DNA of 64,000 nt from Armatimonadota bacterium (lineage in GTDB: Bacteria; Armatimonadota; UBA5829; DTLH01): contig JBBRAE010000001.1 in the NCBI GenBank assembly GCA_038207085.1, forward strand, positions 32,001 to 96,000, read 5' to 3'. The stretch's first letter is position 1, and the number at the start of each line of letters is the position of its first letter. The notes beneath the pieces were generated by a model. The model saw only the letters and a program-made list of their open reading frames with translations. It was not told where the DNA came from and ran no database searches. Shown here piece by piece: positions 52,120-61,198 of the stretch. A program made the translations under genes and the position numbers.

Positions 52120-52713
52120 ATGCTCTCATACAAACTCCCGTTTGCGCTGGTGCTCGGCCTGTTGGCCGCACTTATCCCTGTTCAGGTCACCGTGGCCGCT
52201 TCAAAAGCCAAGAAGCCACCCACTGTGTATGATTTCAAGGTCAACGACATCGACGGCAAGCCCGTGAAGCTGAGCAAGTTCAAGGGCAAGGTGATCATGG
52301 TCGTAAACACCGCCTCGCAGTGTGGAAACACTCCACAATATGCGAGCTTGCAGACACTCTACGAAGAGAACAAGGACAAGGGTTTCGTCGTCCTCGCTTT
52401 CCCTGCCAACGAGTTCGGCAAGCAGGAACCGGGGACAGATCAGGAGATCAAGGAGTTCTGCACGTCGCGCTTCCACGTGACGTTTCCAGTGTTCTCAAAG
52501 ATCGTCGTAAAGGGCGAAGGTCAGCACCCGCTCTATCAGTATCTGACGAGCAAGACCACGAACCCCAAGTTCGGCGGCGACGTAGAGTGGAACTTCGCCA
52601 AGTTCCTCATCAATCGTAAAGGCGAGGTAATAGCCCGCTTTCCCGCAGGTCTTGACCCGCTAAAGCCTGAAGTGGTTGATGCAGTCGGTAAGGCCTTGGA
52701 GATGTCCAAGTAA
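52120..52713 (+). CDS. exported glutathione peroxidase family protein
   Basis: Signal peptide; NTASQCGNT, FPANEFG, WNFAKFL. Confidence 0.93.
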   Translation: MLSYKLPFALVLGLLAALIPVQVTVAASKAKKPPTVYDFKVNDIDGKPVKLSKFKGKVIMVVNTASQCGNTPQYASLQTLYEENKDKGFVVLAFPANEFGKQEPGTDQEIKEFCTSRFHVTFPVFSKIVVKGEGQHPLYQYLTSKTTNPKFGGDVEWNFAKFLINRKGEVIARFPAGLDPLKPEVVDAVGKALEMSK

Positions 52714-52782
52714 AGGATTCCCCGGAGGGTTCGGAAGCCCCGCTTCGGGGCCTCACTCTCAGTTCAACTTGATCACCCTATT

Positions 52783-53523
52783 CTAATCAAACTCAGGATG
52801 CGCGCCGGGGTCGAACGGGTTCATCCGGGTGACGAGAGAATATATGTAGGGGTACTGCTCCCTCAGGTGCTCCACATACGATAGCCACTCGATCGCAAGT
52901 GCGGCGTAGGCGCGTTTCGCGTCGTTTGCGAGGTGTTCGATGTCGGGCTTCGGCAGATCGGCAAAGCCCGAGCGCAGATGAAGCTCCTGGGTAAGATGCG
53001 AAACGGCCCACAAGAGGTCAGTAAACGACTCGTGTTCGAGCAGGTTCTGGTTCTCCAAAAGCGTCAGGATGAACTCGCGCCTGCTCACCAAAAGCTCCCT
53101 CAGCCGCGCCAGTTCCTCCGTGGGGATCGACACCGACCAGTCGTGACTCTTCATAAACCGTCTGATATCGGCGAGATCGGCGGATGTCGACACCGGGGAA
53201 AGCGGGATACCCGCGCGCAGGGAGTCCTTGTTCTTGTCGAGCGCAGCTAGTGCACGCAGAAGGTCGTCCCCAACTTCGCTAAAGAACGCGCCGATCACCA
53301 TATTGAGCTTGTGGTGAAGCGCCGACTTTTCACGCTCCTTCAACACCTCGTTAACAAGCAGCGTCACAAGCAGCACCTGCACCGGCACAAACGCGACGTC
53401 CTGCAACAGATAGAAAAACGTGTTTCGCGGGTCTTTGAACATTACAATCTGAAGCGTGTAGCACAGCCCCGACATCAGGACCAGCGACGCACCAGTGAGG
53501 ATCAGCCATTTGAACTTGCGCAC
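52783..53523 (-). CDS. conserved hypothetical membrane protein
   Basis: Two N-terminal TM plus helical domain (KLNMVIGAFFSEVG, HESFTDLLWAV, RMNPF); start uncertain. Confidence 0.8.
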   Translation of the reverse strand: MRKFKWLILTGASLVLMSGLCYTLQIVMFKDPRNTFFYLLQDVAFVPVQVLLVTLLVNEVLKEREKSALHHKLNMVIGAFFSEVGDDLLRALAALDKNKDSLRAGIPLSPVSTSADLADIRRFMKSHDWSVSIPTEELARLRELLVSRREFILTLLENQNLLEHESFTDLLWAVSHLTQELHLRSGFADLPKPDIEHLANDAKRAYAALAIEWLSYVEHLREQYPYIYSLVTRMNPFDPGAHPEFD

Positions 53524-53662
53524 GGGTGGTATTGATTCCTTCCAAGAAACTTCTCCATCAAGCTTATCACGCGAGCGGTCAGGCAGGCAATAGGTTTCAG
53601 AGCCTTTCAGACGGGGCATATACGGCTGAGCATTAAACAACCCGATCAACAAGGAGACTAGT

Positions 53663-54634
53663 ATGCGCTACACACACCTGGGACGCACAGGGCTTGAGGT
53701 TAGCAGGTTCTGCCTCGGCACAATGAATTTTGGCCCGGAGACGAGCGAGCAGGACAGCTTCGCGATTATGGACAAGGCCCTCGACCTCGGCATCAACTTT
53801 TTCGACACCGCCGATGTCTACGGCTGGAAGATGGGCGAGGGGCTTACCGAGCAGATCATCGGCAGATGGTTTGCGCAGGGTGGGGGCAGGCGCGAGAAGA
53901 CCGTCCTAGCTACCAAGGTCTACAACAAGATGGCCGCATGGCCCAATGGTGACAAACTCTCGGCTCTGCACATTCGCCAGGCCGTCGATGGGAGCCTCCG
54001 CAGGCTGCAGACCGACTATATCGACTTATACCAGATGCACCACATCGACCGCGATACTCCCTGGGAGGAGATCTGGCAGGCGATGGAGATCCTCGTGCAA
54101 CAGGGCAAGGTGGTCTACTGCGGCAGCAGCAACTTCGCTGGGTGGCACATCACTCAGGCAAACGAACAGGCCGCTGCACGCAACTTCATGGGCCTGGTCT
54201 CCGAGCAGTGCAAATACAATCTTCTCACACGAACCGTAGAGCTTGAAGTTCTCCCGGCGTGCGAATCCTACGGCCTCGGCGTGATCCCGTGGAGCCCACT
54301 CGGAAGTGGAATGCTGGGTGGGGCGCTTCAGAAAGCGAAAGAGGGACGCCGAGCCCAAGCCGGAGTCCAGGCGGAGATCGAGCGAAATCTGCCGAAGCTC
54401 GAAGCTTATGAGGCGCTCTGCTCCGATCTCGGAGAAAGCCCTGCCGATGTGGGCCTCGCCTGGTTGATCGCAAACCCTGTAGTAACCGCGCCGATCATTG
54501 GGCCAAGAACTGTCCAGCAGCTTGAGGGATCTATCAGGGCTCTTGAGATCGAGATCTCTAAAGAAACCCTCGCCAAGCTCGATGAGATATTCCCCGGCCC
54601 CGGCGGTCCCGGCCCGGAGGCGTGGGCCTGGTAA
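53663..54634 (+). CDS. aldo/keto reductase
   Basis: LGTMNFG, FDTADVY, LATK, IDLYQMH, WSPL. Confidence 0.95.
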   Translation: MRYTHLGRTGLEVSRFCLGTMNFGPETSEQDSFAIMDKALDLGINFFDTADVYGWKMGEGLTEQIIGRWFAQGGGRREKTVLATKVYNKMAAWPNGDKLSALHIRQAVDGSLRRLQTDYIDLYQMHHIDRDTPWEEIWQAMEILVQQGKVVYCGSSNFAGWHITQANEQAAARNFMGLVSEQCKYNLLTRTVELEVLPACESYGLGVIPWSPLGSGMLGGALQKAKEGRRAQAGVQAEIERNLPKLEAYEALCSDLGESPADVGLAWLIANPVVTAPIIGPRTVQQLEGSIRALEIEISKETLAKLDEIFPGPGGPGPEAWAW

Positions 54635-54734
54635 CGTCTTTCTTAGTATATCGGATATATGGTACAATGGCCGAGCAGAACAAGCTCGGCCATTTCTATT
54701 GGTCGGCTATCACGTTTTACTGGAGTTCTTTGGG

Positions 54735-55418
54735 TTGGACGATTCTTTCATTTCTGTGATGGTGTTTTTCGTCTTCGGCGTGTTAGCTATCTTTGCTATG
54801 TACGTGAGCTACCGTATTAATCAGGCACGCAAAGAAGCGCTGTTTCTCCTCGCCCAGCGTCTTGGGATGACTTTCGAGCCCCTTGATACGCAATCCATCC
54901 CGGACCTCTATGATTATTTCGACTGTCTGTCTCGCGGGGACAGCCGAGAAGCGTCAAACTTGCTGATAGGCAAAATCGACAGCTTCGACCTGCGCGCTTT
55001 TGACTACAAATACTGCACAGGCAGCGGCAAATCGCGCCAGACTCATAAGCTCGGCGTCGTAGTAGTCGACACCGATGTGTGTTTTCATTCTCTGTTGATC
55101 AGGTCCGAGGGGTTCTTTGACCGCGTTGCGGGCGCGTTCGGCTTCGACGACATCGACTTTGAGTCAGATGAGTTCAGCAGACGGTTCTATGTGGGCTCGC
55201 CGGACAAGCAATACGCCTACGAGATGATTCACCCAATGATGATGGAGTTTCTGCTAAAGAACCCGCAGTGGAGCATCCAGACATTCGGGCGGACGGTATT
55301 GATCACAAACCACAGGATTCTTGGTCCCGAGGAGTTCGACCAAGCGTTCGCGTTCCTGCGAGACTTCTTGCGGATGATACCGGACTTCGTGTGGCGGAAA
55401 CTCCGGGAAGGGAGATGA
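54735..55418 (+). CDS. membrane-anchored hypothetical protein upstream of lemA
   Basis: N-terminal TM; DIDFESDEFSRRFYV; translationally coupled to lemA; start uncertain. Confidence 0.75.
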   Translation: MDDSFISVMVFFVFGVLAIFAMYVSYRINQARKEALFLLAQRLGMTFEPLDTQSIPDLYDYFDCLSRGDSREASNLLIGKIDSFDLRAFDYKYCTGSGKSRQTHKLGVVVVDTDVCFHSLLIRSEGFFDRVAGAFGFDDIDFESDEFSRRFYVGSPDKQYAYEMIHPMMMEFLLKNPQWSIQTFGRTVLITNHRILGPEEFDQAFAFLRDFLRMIPDFVWRKLREGR

Positions 55419-55419
55419 T

Positions 55420-55998
55420 ATGCAAAACACTACACTATTCATAACGATCTTCGGCCCGATCACCCTGTTTCTGATCTGGTTCATCGGGACGTATAATCGC
55501 TTGATAGGTTTGTCTAACGTTATACCTGAATCTTGGTCAAACATCGACACAGAGCTTCGGCGACGATACGACTTGATTCCCAATATCGTGAACACGGTAA
55601 AGGCCTACGCAGCCCACGAACGATCGGTCCTTGAGGCCGTCGCCAGGGCAAGATCCGCTGCGATGGCGTCTGCCGGCGCGCCTGAAGACCAGGCAAACGA
55701 AGAGAACGAACTGGTCCGGGCGCTCCGCAGGCTCCTTGCCATCAGCGAAGCATACCCAAACCTGAAGGCCGACCGCAACTTTTTGCAGCTTCAGTATGAA
55801 CTCGTCAACACCGAAGACCGCATCCAGGCCGCGCGGCGGTTCTACAACGGCAATGTGCGCGACTACAACGTTGCGGTAGAGACTTTCCCTTCAGGAGTGA
55901 TCGCGACAGTCTTCGGGTTCCGGCGCAAGGAGTTCTTCGAGATAGAAGAGCTTCAGGCTCGAGTGCCTGTACCGACAAGTTTCCAGCCAAGGCCGTGA
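55420..55998 (+). CDS. lemA: LemA family protein
   Basis: RRYDLIPN, EAYPNLKA, EDRIQAARRFYN, FPS. Confidence 0.95.
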   Translation: MQNTTLFITIFGPITLFLIWFIGTYNRLIGLSNVIPESWSNIDTELRRRYDLIPNIVNTVKAYAAHERSVLEAVARARSAAMASAGAPEDQANEENELVRALRRLLAISEAYPNLKADRNFLQLQYELVNTEDRIQAARRFYNGNVRDYNVAVETFPSGVIATVFGFRRKEFFEIEELQARVPVPTSFQPRP

Positions 55999-56060
55999 TG
56001 CGTATATAGACTCTGGCGTGCGAGGGTATAGTATAGTAAATGGGCTGGGAGGATACTTCG

Positions 56061-56300
56061 ATGACAGCATTGGTAGAATCTGTTGAGCAGGCGCTTCACG
56101 ATAACGGCAGAGTGACCTCGAAGACGATACACGTGACAGGTGACGACCACACAATCGTGCTGCACGGGGTGGTGGACAGCCTGGACGAGTATGGGATTGC
56201 AGAGGAGGTGGCTGAGGCCGTGCCTGGTGTAGACAAGGTCGAGAACCACCTCCATATCGATGGCGTAGTAAATACGGGGCCGTGTTGCCCGCAGATGTGA
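56061..56300 (+). CDS. single BON domain protein
   Basis: GGAGG RBS; VLHGVV, VPGVDKVENHL. Confidence 0.85.
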   Translation: MTALVESVEQALHDNGRVTSKTIHVTGDDHTIVLHGVVDSLDEYGIAEEVAEAVPGVDKVENHLHIDGVVNTGPCCPQM

Positions 56301-56975
56301 TTACTCTTCTATAAATACGATGTTGCCGAAGCGTGAGGTCTTGTGGAAGTTGCGGACCATCGGTGGTGACCATGCCTGGAACTCAGCAGGTTCGGGTTTG
56401 TAGTCGATCCTGTAAAGGTTACCGCGCCAAGTGTCGCCGCTTTTTGGGGTGCCGACGCCGAGTGAAGCAAACGGTATAGCGATCTCTGCGGTCCATCCCC
56501 GGTGTGTTGATGGTTCGGCGAGTTCCCCGTCGATGGTTACCGCGCTCCTCATCCCCTCACAAGTCCACGCGAGCGCCTCAGCGCTTCCAAGCCCCATCCC
56601 TATGTTCGTGTCGAAACTTGCGTCGAATGTTATGTTCTTGGGGCTAAACTCAAGCTCGATATAGGTGGACGGGTCAGAGTCCGGATCGAGAAAGACCTCA
56701 ACCACGTCTTCGTTGTAGATTGGGTCGTCGTGCTCGGTGAGTGTGCACCAGATTTCGGGGTCTTCGCTCTCGAAGATGATGTAGAGATTCTCGTCATCGT
56801 AGCACATACTAAAAGTGGTCGTGCGGGAGGGCGCTTCGGCGGTCTCCGCGATCGAAAGCGTGCCTACAGGGGCAAGCGTCCACGCGTCGTCGTCCGGGCG
56901 GCCGTCGATTGTTGGCGGGACGGAGACCTTGGGGCAGATATAGGTCGGGAGTCCGATTTCCGTGTTTTCAGTCAT
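56301..56975 (-). CDS. CBM9-like protein (no signal peptide)
   Basis: PTIDG..DD.AW, DVVEVFLDP, WTAEIAIPF, NLYR, WSP..FH..RFG. Confidence 0.88.
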   Translation of the reverse strand: MTENTEIGLPTYICPKVSVPPTIDGRPDDDAWTLAPVGTLSIAETAEAPSRTTTFSMCYDDENLYIIFESEDPEIWCTLTEHDDPIYNEDVVEVFLDPDSDPSTYIELEFSPKNITFDASFDTNIGMGLGSAEALAWTCEGMRSAVTIDGELAEPSTHRGWTAEIAIPFASLGVGTPKSGDTWRGNLYRIDYKPEPAEFQAWSPPMVRNFHKTSRFGNIVFIEE

Positions 56976-56978
56976 AGA

Positions 56979-57740
56979 TTAGCTCCTGGGTTTGGTCTTT
57001 GCCAGTGTTCCCTGGCGATTCTTCTCTACGAAGACGATCTTTCCAAATCGTTTGGTAACATGGAACGCTTGGCTGCTCGCGTATGTGGGCGACCACGCTT
57101 GCAGTTCCGTTGGGCGAGGTCTTATCACTGCCCGGTAGAGGTTCGCCCTCCACGTGTCGTTGACCGCAGGAGTCCCCGCGCTGATGGACTTGAACGGGAT
57201 TGCCATTTCCGCGGTCCAGCACTGGTCCGTGTCTGTTCGGACGTTCACAGTCCCATCTACTGTCGTCGCTGTACGAAACCCTTGGCAGGTCCATTGGGGC
57301 GCTAGTTGCGCTCCTAGCGAAGCTCCTGCCGCAGGGTCGAACTTGGCATCAAAAGTAACGTTTATTGGGCTAACATCGAGCTCTATGTAGGTTTTTAGAT
57401 CGCCGTCGGGGTCAATGAATATCTCAACTGCGTCCTCAAGAAAGATATTTCCGTCGTGATTGGTTACTGATGCTCGTATGTCCTTGGACGAGCACCTGAA
57501 GGAAACGTAGAGGTTGTCGCTGTCCCAGCACATTTTGGCTAGGGTGAGCTTGTCCACGGGTGCGCCGTCATGGGTTTGGACGAGAACTACCGCCGGAGCG
57601 TGCGCCCACGCATCGTCATCGAGCCTGCCGTCGATGGTGGGCGCGGTTGTTACCTTGGGGCATTGATAAGTCTTGAGAGTGTCGGCGCCACCAAACGAGG
57701 CAACAATCACGCCGGCAAACAGTGCAAACAGTTTGAACAT
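56979..57740 (-). CDS. secreted CBM9-like protein
   Basis: Signal peptide; same motifs as the adjacent paralog. Confidence 0.88.
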   Translation of the reverse strand: MFKLFALFAGVIVASFGGADTLKTYQCPKVTTAPTIDGRLDDDAWAHAPAVVLVQTHDGAPVDKLTLAKMCWDSDNLYVSFRCSSKDIRASVTNHDGNIFLEDAVEIFIDPDGDLKTYIELDVSPINVTFDAKFDPAAGASLGAQLAPQWTCQGFRTATTVDGTVNVRTDTDQCWTAEMAIPFKSISAGTPAVNDTWRANLYRAVIRPRPTELQAWSPTYASSQAFHVTKRFGKIVFVEKNRQGTLAKTKPRS

Positions 57741-57764
57741 CAGAACCTCCGATACCAAAGTATC

Positions 57765-57792
57765 CTTCTATGCGGCAGTGCCTGCTTCCTTC
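57765..57792 (-). promoter_or_regulatory. sigmaH-like promoter of the CBM9 pair
   Basis: GAAGGA-N18-GAAG. Confidence 0.45.
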
Positions 57793-57919
57793 CAACAACT
57801 GAGCACTTGCTCCAAAACGGAAAAAGCGGTACACTCTTGGGGACGACAATGTTTCAGCATCCTGGGACAATGAAACGCTTCCACTATGAAAGGACGCGGC
57901 TAGCAGCCTATTCTCTACC

Positions 57920-59029
57920 ATGCACAGACCAGTAATTTGTGAAATCGACCTCCAGGCCATCTCGGCAAACGTCAAATCGATCCGGCGGACGGTGGGACCA
58001 CACGTCAAGATACTTCCGGCAGTTAAAGCCGACGGCTACGGGCACGGCGCTGTCCCCATCAGTGCGACGGCGATCGACTCCGGGGCTGATATGCTCGGCG
58101 TGGCAAGCGTGGAGGAAGCGATCGATATCCGTGAGGGTGGGGTAAGCGCTCCGATTCTTGTTCTCGGCTGCACCGGTGGTGACTCCACTCGCGAAATAGT
58201 TGAGTATGGGATCACAGCAACCGTGTGTGACATAGGGTTTGCCCGCGAGCTTGCCGATACTGCCCTGAGGCTTGGTAAACGCGCTAGAGTGCATGTGAAA
58301 GTCGACACTGGGATGGGCCGCATCGGGGTTCCTGCATCTGGTGCTGTCGAGCTAGTCTCGGAGTTGCAGTCTATGCAATCGATCGTCTCGGAAGGGATAT
58401 TTACGCACTTCCCCTGTTCGGACGAAAGGGATCGCAGCTTCACTCTGCATCAGATTAGCGTGTTTCAGCAGATTCTGGACGAGCTTTCAGCCAGGGGCAT
58501 ACGCCCCGAAATCGCCCACACCGCAAACAGTGGCGCGGTGCTCGATTTTCCCGAATCGCGCTTTGATATGGTCCGCCCGGGGATTATGTTCTATGGGCTT
58601 TATCCGTCACCGGACTCAAGCCGCAGCATTCCCCTCAAGCCTGCGCTTACCTTGAAGACCCGAATCGTCTTCGTGAAAGAGGTGCCAACAGGGACGACGG
58701 TGAGCTACGGGAGGACATTTGCGACGACTCGACGAACGCGCGTTGCGACTATCGCTGTGGGCTATGCTGACGGCTATAGTAGATCGCTCTCCAGGCGGGG
58801 CCAGGTGGCTGTTCGGGGTGAACGCGCATCCGTAATCGGTCGAGTGTGCATGGACCAGGTGATGATCGACGTGACTGATATTCCCGGTGTGCAGCTCGGT
58901 GATGAGGTGGTTCTTTTTGGAGGCGGGTACGACTTTCTCGCTATCGAAGACATCGCCGAACTGATAGGCACCATCCCGCACGACGTCTGCTGCGCGATTG
59001 GTAAACGCGTCCCGAGGGTCTACATCTAG
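57920..59029 (+). CDS. alr: alanine racemase
   Basis: VKADGYGHG, VDTGMGRIG, ANS, GYADG, GRVCMD. Confidence 0.97.
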   Translation: MHRPVICEIDLQAISANVKSIRRTVGPHVKILPAVKADGYGHGAVPISATAIDSGADMLGVASVEEAIDIREGGVSAPILVLGCTGGDSTREIVEYGITATVCDIGFARELADTALRLGKRARVHVKVDTGMGRIGVPASGAVELVSELQSMQSIVSEGIFTHFPCSDERDRSFTLHQISVFQQILDELSARGIRPEIAHTANSGAVLDFPESRFDMVRPGIMFYGLYPSPDSSRSIPLKPALTLKTRIVFVKEVPTGTTVSYGRTFATTRRTRVATIAVGYADGYSRSLSRRGQVAVRGERASVIGRVCMDQVMIDVTDIPGVQLGDEVVLFGGGYDFLAIEDIAELIGTIPHDVCCAIGKRVPRVYI

Positions 59030-59843
59030 TCACCGGCGTTTACATACAGATCGGCGCAGGCCGGCAGGTGATTGGATTCGCGTCTTTGGACGACTTCGAA
59101 CCTAACAGGGACGACACCGTGGCCTACCATCACGTGGTCGATGCGTACAACGGGAAGCTTCGCGGGAAACATGAGCCCATATCCTCGGCCCGACGCGCGA
59201 AATGAGTCAGTGAGCTCCGAAGTGAGTTCTCGATAGACTTTGGAGTTGGGTGGCGTGTCTGGGTGTTGCGCAGTTCGTCGGCTTTCTTGAACGCCGACGG
59301 CAGTCCTTGCGCTTGATAAGCCTCATAAGATATCGGCGTTCGCAGGTGCGCGTTTACTACAACTACCTGTTTTCCATCTACATCGACCGTCACCCACAGT
59401 GCTGAGTGCGTCGTTCGAAGCCACTCCAGGGGAAACCTGCTGAGCACCACAAGCTCGCCGCAGACCTTTTTGTCCCACCCCTGGAACTGCGGGAGAATTA
59501 GCATTTTATAAAGCTGGTTTCTCGCCCATGGGTCGGCTTCCTGCAGGCAGATAATGTCAGGAACCAGCGCCGCCGCTAGCTGCGGGACTGCCGGTCCGGC
59601 GGTCCCTCGGTTGAGATTCCAAGATAGCACTCGGAGGTTGGCGTGGTGCCCGCTGCTTTGGTTGCTTGCGGGAAAGCCGAGTGGGCGGCGATGCGGCAGG
59701 TTGTGCCCTGTGGATGCGTCGCTCTCGGGAGTGCAAATATCCTGATTTGAGCGACCAGAAAACAGGCAGGAGCAGAAGCGCGGCCCTGTTAGAATTATCA
59801 GGCGCGAAAGTGTCGATTCTTTATCACCAACAACCTCTTGCAA
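59026..59843 (-). pseudogene. endonuclease/exonuclease/phosphatase (EEP) family pseudogene
   Basis: One frame has LSWN, CLQE, LSRFP, NAHL; a second frame has TPP..LTDSF..FPAKLPVVRIDHV..SNHLP ending at 59026; GDFN motif absent. Confidence 0.85.
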
Positions 59844-59866
59844 TCGTTTAAAGCCTCAGCTATAAT
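59838..59866 (+). promoter_or_regulatory. sigma70 promoter of the C39 peptidase
   Basis: TTGCAA-17-TATAAT. Confidence 0.7.
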
Positions 59867-59909
59867 GTAACTAAGCTTAGCAATAAACGGGCAAGCTTGA
59901 GAGTAACAT

Positions 59910-60671
59910 ATGAAACACATCAAAGATCCCCGCTGTATAATTTCTCTGCTTTTGGTCACGATGATTCTCGGAATCACGCCAACGTTTGGCGGCGAGAAGC
60001 TCCCCGGCAAGTGCGTCCTCGGGGACGTTCCCTACGTCCAGCAGATGCGCAACTACTGTGGGCCTGCGTCGCTTACGTCGGTCCTTCGGTACTGGGGCCA
60101 GGACATCGATCAGGTCGCCATCGGTAAAGCGGTCTACGATAAAGCTCTGCAAGCCACCAATGGTGCGGACATGATCCTGTTTGCACGCGACAAAGGCTTT
60201 GCCGCCTACTCGTGGAACAGCACGATCGATGATCTCAAGATAAAGCTTATGGCTGGGATCCCTGTCATTGTGCTGCAGGACAGCAGTCTCTCCGACCGCT
60301 CGGGCCACTTCAGGGTTGCCACCGGCTACGATGACGACAAGAAGATCGTATACGTCAACGACCCATACGAACCCGAGACCAAGTCCATCTCATACGACGA
60401 CTTCACCACGATGTGGCGACGATGGGGCAACTGGGCCCTTCTCGTTTGCACCAAAGACCGCGATATGTATAAAGCGGAGCTTGATGAGAAGAACCCCGTA
60501 GTTCATATCGATCTTGCCTACATCTACTTTCAGCGCCATAACCTCGAAGCTGCCGAGCGTGAGAGTATGGTAGCGCTGAAGCTCGAACCCGGCAATTTCT
60601 GCGCGAAGGACCTGCTTGCCAAGTCGAGCCGTGCCCTGGGCGCCAGGAGCAAGTCCGAAAAGCGCAAGTAG
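59910..60671 (+). CDS. secreted C39-like cysteine peptidase with C-terminal TPR
   Basis: Signal peptide; VPYVQQ..CGPASL, GHFRVATGYD, VNDP. Confidence 0.88.
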   Translation: MKHIKDPRCIISLLLVTMILGITPTFGGEKLPGKCVLGDVPYVQQMRNYCGPASLTSVLRYWGQDIDQVAIGKAVYDKALQATNGADMILFARDKGFAAYSWNSTIDDLKIKLMAGIPVIVLQDSSLSDRSGHFRVATGYDDDKKIVYVNDPYEPETKSISYDDFTTMWRRWGNWALLVCTKDRDMYKAELDEKNPVVHIDLAYIYFQRHNLEAAERESMVALKLEPGNFCAKDLLAKSSRALGARSKSEKRK

Positions 60672-60688
60672 GCGCTGGTGCACGCACA

Positions 60689-60886
60689 CTAGGCCAGCAT
60701 ACCCTGACGCCTGCGAAGCACCAAGCCGCCCATTACCAACAGGGCACCACCGTACGTGGTCGTGTTCTCCCCGCTACCGTAATAGCTGCCGGTTCCGCTG
60801 GGTATGGAGGGCGTGGATGTCGCCTGGGCCCAGATGGGCCTGCTGAGTGCTATAAGTGCAACAGCAATGCAGGGAATGTTCCTCAT
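60689..60886 (-). CDS. small peptide: signal peptide plus PEP-CTERM-like TM/basic tail
   Basis: MRNIPCIAVALIAL..WA then GENTTTYGGALLVMGGLVLRRRQ. Confidence 0.6.
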   Translation of the reverse strand: MRNIPCIAVALIALSRPIWAQATSTPSIPSGTGSYYGSGENTTTYGGALLVMGGLVLRRRQGMLA

Positions 60887-61080
60887 AGATCCACATAGAT
60901 CCACCTCCAGTTATCGCAGGATTGGTACCCGTAGTCGTTTCACGAATAAAGCGGGCTAAACAGACTTGGAACTTGGCAAGCACACTTACAGTTATAACGA
61001 AAGCGTGAACTGGTGGGCCAAAACTGTTTACAAGCGGCGAAGCGCGTGGTATCATCGATGTGTCGTTTAGAATTGCATCT

Positions 61081-61161
61081 CTAGCCCGCTTTATTCGTGA
61101 AGCGAATAAAGCTCTCGCTAGCAAAGCATTATTCACGCTCATCGTGAATAATGCAGGCTAG
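61081..61161. repeat. REP-like twin-hairpin element, second copy
   Basis: Inverted 73/81-nt match to 22074-22154; partial copy at 60939-60958. Confidence 0.85.
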
Positions 61162-61198
61162 ACGACTTCGACAAGTCTACACGCTTCAGGTGACTTCT

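Noticed and set aside
52318..52326. Selenocysteine in the glutathione peroxidase
   Set aside because: The active-site codon is TGT (Cys) and there is no in-frame TGA.
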